In this document: piece by piece, positions 36,701 through 46,600 of the stretch
Layout: each line of letters starts with the position of its first letter
Numbering within the stretch: position 1 is the stretch's first letter
Origin: Klebsormidium nitens
Taxonomy: Eukaryota; Plantae; Klebsormidiophyceae
Reading direction: 5' to 3'
NCBI GenBank assembly: GCA_000708835.1
Contig: DF237521.1
Span: 1 to 57,470, forward strand
DNA: 57,470 nucleotides
Made by a program: the position numbers and the translations under genes
Notes under the pieces: model-generated
What the model was told of the DNA's origin: nothing
What the model saw: the letters and a program-made list of their open reading frames with translations, nothing else
Databases searched by the model: none

Positions 36701-39468
36701 GAATGGTAAAAGAGAATTGCCAAAAGACTTCGCAATCTGTCAAATAGTGTGAGCATAGTTGATTTTCCTCTCAGGCTGAGTTCATATTCTGACAGTGTCG
36801 AACCTGGATTGTAGGTATGGGGAAGCGCGAAAGAGCCTGCGGAAAGCAAAGCAACGATGGGCGGACCATATCAGTGAACTAGAGGCTTCGGCAACCGAGG
36901 GCCAAGCCCAAAGAATCAACGAAAACGACTCAGACTCAGACGAGCCGAGGTCAAAGCGATCGGGAAGCAAAACGGATGGTGCTAAGAGCAATCATCAGCA
37001 GAAGAAAAGTGAGTCAGATTCTTCGGATTACGCCGCTTCGAAGGTCACAAAAGGCTTCGATTCCGACGACGAAGCGAGCGCGTCTGAGGACACGCGCGCG
37101 CTCGAAGCGGCGGCGGAGCGGGCCGCGCGCGCGCGCGAGGAGAGCCTCGATGCGTCGACGTGCGTGTCCACGTGGGCGTGCCACGTGGCGCTCTGCGAGG
37201 GCGACCTTATTGCCGCGGAGGCGGCGCTTCTGCTCGCCGTGGAGAGCGAGGAGGAAAGAACTAGAGCGAGGGCGGAATCCGTCGCAAGGACAGCGACGGG
37301 ATCGGCGGAAGCAGGCCGGGACGTCAGGGTGACGGTCGTGGGGTTTGAATCGTCGTCGGAAACGATCAATGCTGCGGAGATTATTCTACTAGTAACTCAA
37401 AACGAGATCACTCCAGCTCTCCAGAGCGGGAGTCCTGTCGATCCGCAGACTGGACCCCCAGTTCAGCCCCAAACCGGAGAGGTTACGTCTGACCCGGTGG
37501 ATTCAACCGAAGCAAACGGGGCTCCGGTTAGTGTAAACCAAGCACTTTCGGAGAAGGTCCCCGAGGAGAAAGCGGCGAAAGATCAGAAGCGCTTTCCACG
37601 GTCGCCGTTTCTGCTCGATTTGATGGGCACTTTATCTTTCCACAAGATGGAGTATCGAGACGCGCGCGAGTGTTTCGTTCACTCCGCGCGGGGCGACTGC
37701 GAGGCTCTCTTAACGAGTCTCGGCTGCGGGGGGGGTCCGGAACCGGTCGCTTCTGAGTGGAATCAGGCCCCCCCCGCGAAGCCGAAAAGCGCTCTGGGGA
37801 AGTGTACGTCGAAAAAGGCGCTCGGAAAGTCGCCGAGCAAGAAAGCGGTGAAGAAGGAGAAGAAACTAGAGCGAGGGCCCGGGGCTTACTCGTTCCGGGC
37901 GTTTGGAATCGCCAGCCCTAGAAACGAGCCGTCCGAAATGGGGGGTTCCGTGGGCGCGGAAACGGTAGCCCCCCGGAGGGCGGCTTCTAGCCAAATGCGG
38001 GAGAACCCGAGTGGCAATGATGACGTCGGGGGGGTGGCTAAGGAGGTCTCTGTGCTGAACAACGTGGGCGCGTGTTACCATGTGCTAAGAGACAGGTAAG
38101 CTTGTGTTTTGAGGTTAATTCACCCACTAAACCATCTTTTCAGCCGGCTTTTCTAGTTGCATTGGTTTGGTGTTCAAGCGTGAGGCGCTGGGTCATTGCT
38201 TTGGATACGGTGGGAAAAACAGCCGCATCCCACAAGAAACAAACCGGAACCAGTCCTTTGCGTCCGGTTTGGAATAGCTTTCAGCAGGAGAGGATTGGCC
38301 GTTCCTCGTCAGCATCGATCTGTTCACTGTCAAGAATTTGCTCCACGCCTGTCAACATTGTACTTCCCCCAGTATCTACTTCTTCAATGTATTCTCTCGA
38401 GATATCCACGCAAAGTCTTCCGACCAACCAATCGCTTTTTTCTTCCCCTCCCTCCAATTGTACGATTAGGAAACAATCTCTCGTGATATGAGGAATCCTA
38501 TGAATCGCGCTTGGTATGAACCGGTCATCTTCGCTCTACGTTTCAGACACGCGAAATGAAAGAGCAGTCTTAATACAGAACCGCAAAGCACCTGACTCGG
38601 TCCGCCAATCTCGCAGGAAAAAGGCCCTCGCCTGCTACGAGAAAGCGCTCGCGCTGCTCGCGGACTCGGACGACGCGCCCGGCCGCGCCGTCGTCCAGCG
38701 CAACCGCGCACGTGCCGGCCACGTGTCCAGCAGCCGCAAGCCGGCGTGGTTCCACGTGGCGTCCAGCCTGGAGAGCCCGCCCCCGACGCCGCAGTCAGCG
38801 GGCCAACCCGACTATGGGCTCGACTCAGTGCGGGCGGCAGCGGCAGGTGGGCGATCGATTACCGAGCACATTTACCGAACGGCTTTGATGCTGATGTTAA
38901 GGGAAGAAGATGAATTCCAGCATGCATGAATACTTTTTAACGGGCGAAGTTGGAAGAGAGGAGCTACGAACGAAAGAGTAACTTTCGCGCTTGAAACGGT
39001 CCACGAAAATTCAGGAAGAATATCAACCCTCTGAGCGAAGGACTGTAATGCTTCTTTGCGAAACTCCTCTGCACCGGAGCATCTCTGGCCGGCAAAGCAT
39101 TGTCCGACATCACACTTCTCGTTAAATCCCAGGATGTAGCTTGCTTTTGGAATGACACAGCTTTGTTACACAACAAGCAACTGTTGTCCGCAGCTCAGCG
39201 ATCCATGAGCTCCCTTGCTCTGTCTAGCTGCACTATAGTCGAGGCAACCGTCAAGAGGCCCTGTCTCACTGTCGCTCGTTTCCTTGCAGGGGCTCTCGGC
39301 AAGGGAATCGTGAAAACGCTCGGCCTGCGGGGAGCTTTGCGGGATCAGCTTGGGGCTGACACAAAAGCGGGCAAGGGCTTCGACTGGACGAAAATACCTC
39401 CCGACGAAAAGGACAAGAAAACGAGAGGCGCCAAAGGTGCGAAAGGAGCAAAGAAGAGCAAAAAGTAA
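33766..39468 (+). CDS. p25alpha/TPPP-like N-terminal domain + low-complexity linker + dispersed TPR-like helices (6 exons: 33766-34043, 34714-35019, 35812-35940, 36815-38095, 38617-38846, 39290-39468; 800 aa)
   Basis: All exons join in frame (2403 nt). N-terminus: LYNIFKTYA...FLRCIAAERLLD...EAVLLFN...VTFKRFVRVLQLV. TPR-like segments: RYGEARKSLRKA, LLDLMGTLSFHKMEYRDARECF, VLNNVGACYHVLRDRKKALACYEKAL. Lys-rich tail. The domain calls are weaker than the gene model. Confidence 0.7.
35180..35880 (+). repeat. Three-copy tandem repeat including the exon 3 start of the TPR gene
   Basis: cattcattccctatcaaccatg...gcggcagctaacaagaa and cag|.gaggc.cggcaaaggaa...ggacatgcccg recur. Exon-start copies lie at 35464, 35642 and 35812 (real). 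Confidence 0.88.
36010..36180 (+). repeat. Dispersed intronic repeat family, copy 2
   Basis: agtaagcttca...aagat..ca.cctgggacgggt...agggtgggtac...gcggagcag...tttactact aligns with 45105-45257. Confidence 0.7.
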
Positions 39469-40608
39469 GTAGGTGGAGTTGGAGTCGAATGTGCATAAAG
39501 AATGCACCAATATTTGGTCCGGTACAACTTCCAGATCACTAATGAGAATAAACAGTCATCAATAATTGTACAGGCTCTGAGCCCGAATTGCCCGTGCACT
39601 GACTGATGGCTCATGAGCTATGTCATTTACTTGAACAGTTGTACGTCATTTCCCGTCTGGCCAGCAAGTTGGTCAGAAATCTGCACTGCTTCATTTATAC
39701 CATCCTTTTCGTTGTCCTTGTTCAACCAGTATTTGCGTATACTTTCCTGGCCAAGTCTTATATTTTGGCCGGACACAAGTGAATTTTCTGATGGACTCGG
39801 TGATGGTCACATGAGTCCGGATGATTATCAATGCTGATAGCATGGCGTTTCGGTACTGAAGGCAGCTAGGCGTTTGAAACTCAGTCATGTTGAGTCTTAT
39901 ATGTATGCCATTGAAGGCTATGGCCCACACGTGGTTGCGCGTTTGCGCGTACTGTAGGCCCTACCATACTTTGCGTACGTCCAGCACTTGTCCACGGCGG
40001 CTGTGTAGGCTTTCCGACTATAGCTGCCATGCCACATGCGGAGCTGGCATGCCGTACCGTAGTACTACTGGTTCTGCAGAGTGTCTTGCATGTTGTTCTT
40101 CGAGTCACGAGAATATTCTATCGATTCCGAAAACCTGATTGACCCGCCTGAACGCGGCCCACGTTCACGGGCCAGACAATTTAGTTGATCAAGGACCGGG
40201 TCACCACAGCGAGCGTCAAATCCTTAAAGTATAGTCAACGGGGTCATGATGCGTCCGAAAGCTAGCTCGGACAATCACATGAGGATGCATGCAGCTCATA
40301 CGCCGAGGATAACGTTAGGGCGTGCATCAAAAGCGGCGCAGATCACTCGGCATGGGCGTAGCTTGTTGAAAGTCGAAAGACCTGTCTAGCGAGAGACAGG
40401 TGCTCCTTTTGGTTGCTTTGGCTGCGCGCAGTCCGCAATACGCAAAACCGTTACTAGCTGTAATAATGGGGTCCTTTGGCTGGCCTCAACCGTTACGAAT
40501 CAACTTGCAGAAAATTCATAAGGAGATCGCGGCAAAGCAAACACGCTGCCTCCCTGATTTGAATGTCAGTTGGTTGAAGCGTGCTTCACATATCCTCTGC
40601 TGCCTCTA

Positions 40609-43600
40609 TCAGTGTCCTTCCCATGCTTCAAACGCCGCTTCTTTGCGCCGCTTCGCCCGTTCCATCGTCTCCCCCGCCTCTCCCGTGAGCGACATCCGTT
40701 CGGATCGCCGCTTGCCAGACTTTCCCCGCTTCGAGGCCCTGGTTCCAGGCGTCCCTCGTGCCCCCTTTTCCACTTTCTTCCCCGGAGCCTTTTCGCCCGA
40801 CTTTCCACTCACCGGCGACTGCTTTTTGGGCCCCACTTTCGACGGGGAGACTGTTTTCGGTGCACCATCTGCCGGGGACGCCTTTTTCGGCGGATCCGTA
40901 AACCGTGTTCCCTTCCCGGGCGCCGCAGCGACCGGAGACGCAGTCTTTGCATCCCTTCCTCCCGACGACTCGCTTCCCAACCCTTCCTTTGCAGACGACT
41001 TTCTGCGGGCGCCCCGATCAAAGGCCGCCGGATCCTTCCCCAACTCCGGCTCATTCCTCGTCCTCGCTGTTTGCGTTACCTTCGCTGAACGCGTCTTCCC
41101 GGTCGCACCCTCCTCTCCCGGACTCTTTTCGGACGCTCTCGCAACCGTACGCTCCATTCCGGACGCTTTTCCCCCGGGCACAAACCCCGCTCCCCCGGGC
41201 ACTTCGTTTCTGAACACCACCTTCTTTGACGCACTCCCATTCGCAGCCGCTCCCCGCACCGAGCCCCCGTCAGATCTCTCGGACGCTGCCGTTCCGTCTT
41301 CGGAAGTTCGTTTCCGCTTCCGTGCGCTGCTCTGCTTCTCCTCACTGTCCGGCACGAACGCTGACGTCGGCGGCAGTTTCTTCCCGCTCCGCAAAGACGA
41401 GCCGCTCAACTCGCGGGCCTTTGTCTCGGACCGCAAGCCGGGCGCTTTGCCAGGGGTCACCAATCCACGTGTCGCCCCAGCCTCTAACACTTTTCCCTCC
41501 GCTCTCGTTTCCTTCCCAACCGTTGCTGCGTTCCCCTTCTGCACCATTTCCCTCGCTCTCAGTTCCTTGCCATCTGGCGCCACGGTAATGCTCTCCGTTT
41601 TCCTCCCCGCTCTCGTTTCCCCGCCGGTTGATACCGCCTCCGCTTTCCCTTCCGCTCTCGTTCTCCTCTCAACCGGTGTTGCATTGACCTCCTCCTTGTT
41701 CCCTCTCGCTTCTGTCGCCTTGCCAGTCGGTGTCTTCTCCGGTTTCCTCCCCGCCCTCGTTCCCCTCCCAACAGGTGTAGCGGCAGCCCCCTCTGCGTCT
41801 CCCTCCGCTCTCGTTTCCTTTCCAACCGGTGTAGCAGCAGCCTCATCCACTTTCCCCCCCGCTCTCGTTGTTCTCCGGCCCGGTGTAGCGGCAGCCCCCT
41901 CCGCTTCTTCCTCCGCTTTCGTTTCCTTTCCAACAGGTGTAGCAGCAGCCTCCTGGACGTCCGCCCCAGCTCTCGTTTCTCTCGCGCCCGGTGAAGCGGC
42001 GACCTCTTCCACATTTCCCCCCGCTCTCGTTCCACCTCCGCCCGGTATAGCGGCAGAATCCTCCGCTTTCCCGTCCGGTCTCGTTACCCTCCCAGCTGGT
42101 GTACTGGCCGCCTTCTTCGCCTCCCTCCACGCTCTCGTTTCCTTCCTGGCTGGTTCGTTGGCCGTCTCGGCAGCTGTCCCCGTCTCTCGCTCCCCAGCCG
42201 TTCCTTTCCCAGCTGGTGCACTGGCTGCCTCCTTCGCCTTTCCCCCCGCTCTCGTTTCTCTTCTCACGGATGCGCCAGGGGACGGGCTTGCACTCGGAAG
42301 GGTGGGCCTCTTCACGAAGGGTTGCGTTTTCCCAGGGTGAAACTTGCTCCCCTGGTTAGGTGGCAAATCCAAGGAACCCGGAGACTGATCGCCTGAGGTC
42401 AAACTGGGGCTAGCTGCGAACACGTGGCCGGCCTGTGGTTCAGAGCACCCCTCCCCCTTCACGGAGGAAACCTTTCCTGCCCCCAAAATCCCGGACCCTC
42501 TATGCTTCGACTTTCCCATCCCTTTCCCTTCCATCGCACGCTGCTCTCCCGAGGCCTTTTTCCCGAGCGCAACCTTCCCTCCTGGTGCACCTTTCGCGGA
42601 TCCCGCCTTCTCCGAGACAGGCTCCGGCCAGGTCTCATTTCCCACCGACGCCCTTTCCACCGTTCCGGACGCTGCACCCTCTGGCGTTCCGTTTCCGGAC
42701 GGCCGTTTCCGCTTCCGAGCGGACCCGATCGTATCCGACACGCAGGCTGACGTCACCAGCGTTGCCACGCCGCCGGTTCCAACTGCTCCCCCGTCCGTGC
42801 TGTCGGACGCAGCCCCGCCGGGCGTTCCGTTCTCGGACGTCCGTTTCCGCTTCCGGCTGCTGGCGCGCTTCTGGGCGCTGTCCGGCACGCACGCTGACGC
42901 CAGCGGCGATTGCCTCGTGCTCCACCGAGGTTGATCGCCGGTCTCTACTGGCTTGAAACCCTCCCCCTCGTCTTTCGTCGCGTTGCCACGTGTCTCCTCG
43001 TCGGTACCACCGCACTCCGCTTTTCCTCTTGCTCTCGCTGCTTTTCCGTTGCTGTAGCGGCGTAATGGGCTCTCGTCAGGGGGATCCCTTTGGGCGAGAG
43101 GTGTCCTGCTCCGGGGGGGTGGAGTCGCATCTGACGTCGGTGCCGAGCTACCCCCCTGAACCGAGGACGGGCTTGCTTCCGCAGGCTCAGAGGGGCGCTT
43201 CGGGTGTCCATCACCAGGGGAGCTTTCTGCGGAGTCTTTCCCCAGCCCCCGTCTTCTCGTAAGCATTGGTCCCAATCCTCCTCCTGGGGGTTGCTTTTCG
43301 GACGCCACCCCGACCGGACATTCCTCTTCGGACGCCTTTTCCCCAGGCGCAGACCCGCCCACCGGTGTGCATTTCCCGGACGCACCCTTCTTTGACACCA
43401 ACCGCACCCCGACCGAGCCCCCCTCCAATTCCATTGACGCACCCCTGTTCGGCGTTTCCGTTCCGGACGTCCGTCTCTGCTTCCGCTCGCTTGCCCCACT
43501 CTCGCCGCTCTCCGGCGCGCACACCTTTGCGGACGCCTCCACTCCCGGCGATTCCGTTCCGATTGTCGGGTCCCGCTTCCGGTCGCTCGCCCGCTTCTCG

Positions 43601-46600
43601 CCACAGTCCAACTCGCGCGCGGCTTTCGGCGGCGTCTTCCTGGCTTTGAACCAGGTCGGATCCGGCTTTCGGAGCTTCCTTCCCGACCGGAGGCCCCCAT
43701 CGCCTGACGTGCTGGCACGTGTCCGTCTCCCAACGGCGCTGCCCTTCCCTCTCTTCCTCTTCCCGAGGGATCCCTGGCCGCGGCCCCTTTTGCTCGGCGG
43801 GGTGGTCTCCTCGGACGAGGGCTCCTCTTGGCGGGTGAGAGGCGTGTCGCCAGGAGTGTGAATGGGGTCCTGAGACGGAGTCTCAAAACTTGGAGATTGC
43901 TTCTCAGGGGTCGCTTCCGGCTTCGCTTCAGACGTCGGCGCGTCGCCAGCAGCCTCCCGTTTCGGGGGGGGTCTTTCCTCCTGGACTGCCTCGGGGGGGG
44001 CACTGATCACCTCGTGCTTAACCTCTACGTGGCCCCCCGCTTCCGGCACGGCCTCTCCCTCAGGCCCCCCGGACACGTCCTCATCCAAGGGAGCTTCCGG
44101 TAAGCTTGTAGCGACCGCCAGGGGCGCCTTTTCGCTCTCCGCCTGTGCGCCGCTGTCTTCCGCTGGATCCCCCGTGCGCAGGACGCCTTCTTCAGACTCC
44201 CCCTCGAACCCGGTTGTTTCCACCGGGCTCTCTCTCGCACCCGCCCTGTCCAGGACACTCTCCAGATTCAACCCAGTCATTTTTCCTGGGCTCTCCTGGC
44301 TTTCCCGTTCGGAACCATCCTCTTCATCCACGTCACCAGCTTTCCAGGGGGTAGCCTCAACCTCGTCTTCCCACTCCTCTTCCTCCCCCCCGAGCGACGG
44401 TCTCTCCACCCCCTCGAGGGCGAAAAGCTGCCCTGGCGCAAGTGACGTCAGCCCTCGATCCGGGCCCTCGCCTTTGTCAGCCGGCCGGCTTTCCTTGAGC
44501 GTACTCCATAACCGTCGGGACTGGCGCTCCCCAGGTGCTTGTGCGCCTGCCGCCACAGCCACGCCCCCCATCTGCAAAGCTTTCGTAGCATCCATCCCCC
44601 CACCAAAAGCACGGTTGCCCCGCACCGCCGCTCCTAGTTGGCCCTCCGCGGGGGCACGGTCCGCCCGTGAGGGCAGGGGCGCCTCGTCGCTGACGTCAGC
44701 GAAACCTCGTCGAAGCCCGTTGCCGACGTCAGCAGCGGCACTCTCCGGGGGCCCAAGCAGGGCCAAGGCACCGCCGTTGGGCGGCGCTCCTGATGAGGGG
44801 TCCCCTGGCCCGCCACTTCGCTCCCCCCTCGCGGAAAGCCGGGCCCCAACTACTTGTTTCCGCTCCCGCAGGAAGCCGGTGAGGTCCGACGAGGTCTGTG
44901 GCGGCGATCCGCTCTGGTCGGACCGGATTCCGCTGGGTGCGGACCGGAACCCGGCCGGCTCGGAGCTGAACAGGCCTTGGAGCTGCCGGCTGGACTGCCG
45001 CAGCTTGTCTTTGCCGCGGGGGGGCTTCGGAAGGACCAGCTGTTGGGTGATCACCCGCTTCGGATCGACTGCGGGGGAAAGAAAGATGAAGCTTCAGGTC
45101 AAAACAGTAAGCTTCAAGTATAGTAAGATACCAGCCTGGGACGGGTCAGGTTAGCTAGGGGGTTTAGGGTGGGTACCGCAGCGGAGCAGCTGATTTTGAG
45201 GGTTAGGTTTCAAGTGTTAAGGCAGGAGCTTACAATAATCAAGATTTACTACTGCTAAGTTGAAGAGACATGAAAGGTGCGGTGCATGTGAGGGCTCAGT
45301 AGCTGACGTTGAGGTACTCCGTAAAGATGCAAAACTCGATACGCTGATACTGAGGAATCAGTTGGAATGTGCACGCAGGGCTGCCGTCAATGATTGTCTG
45401 CAGAGTGCAGACAAAACGTGCAGTAAACTATGCATCGAGGCATCCACGAAGTGCTAGAGGCTCGTTTTGAGTGGACACAAAGAACGGAAATGGCACTGTT
45501 ATGTGAGCTCTCAATCTTCAAATATACCGCCCGGCTCCAGTCTCGCGCAACCGACTTACTTGGTGCAAACTGGGACTCCCCGTTCGTTCGCGCCCTCCGG
45601 TCCTCCCGTTCTTGCAACAGGAGCGTATTCACATCGGGTTCCAGCGGGGCCAGCGGGGCCCGCTTGAGCTTCCGCTTCCGGAGCCTTTTCACACCCCCTT
45701 CTCGCTTGCGTGCGGCCGGGGGTTTGAGCCACTCAGGGAAAGGGGCGGACAGCTCGTTGTCGAGGTAAACGTGGTTCAGGACGTCCGGGAGTTTGGACCC
45801 GTACCTGGGACGTACAATTGCATGGCTTAGATCTGTTTCTCTTTGAACAACGAGCTAGTCTTTGGTGGAAGGCTGGTGTTTCACCGAAAACCATGCCACC
45901 TTTGACGGTGTGTCTGGTCAGCCGCTTAGCGGAGAAGGATCGGAGCAACGACGGGGGAGTCGACTCGCAAGGTCCGAGCGCTCGTTGAACACGAAGGAGA
46001 GGAGGAAAGAAACGGTACACGCAAGACGACTTATGTAAGCAAACGTGAACCTTGATTCTCGTTCCTCGAGCCCAGGCAAGGCTCCACGGTGCGCCCCATC
46101 AGCACAACCTACACATATCCGTCTCCGATAGAGATAAACTTAAATAGTAACAAGGAACTCAAGGTACAGGAGGACTGGTGGGTTAATTTGTTGGTTAGGG
46201 TGAATTTTGGTGCGTAGCATGTCATTTGTCCTGAGGGTTTTAGTGTTGGTTAACCAAAGACTTTAATTCTTTCATTACCCTAAGATCCTTGTTACGAATA
46301 AAATCAATTGTTATCGTCTCGGTCGTATTCAAGATCCCCACACAAGCCGCACAGCAGCGAAGACCAGTGTTTGTCCAGGGAGGCCCGCTAGGCAGGCGAA
46401 ATGAGTGCGAAACTTGGCGTCAAACGCGTTTCTGCAGCAGGCCTTGTAAGGGAAGCTTTCTTCTCAACAGTCCCGAAATCCTCAACACGTGCTCCGACTC
46501 CTTTCTACACTCCCGTTTGGCAGGCAGGTCGAATTCTTTCGAACCCCAGTCTTTCCTCCCCTTCAGAACCAAGCATTTGAGGTGGACTGCATTAAGCAGC

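Noticed and set aside
40400-42340. 646-aa plus-strand ORF (and 44174-45154) overlapping the Treslin-like exon
   Set aside because: Antisense shadows of a GC-rich, repetitive coding exon with few stops on the reverse strand; no independent domain signal.
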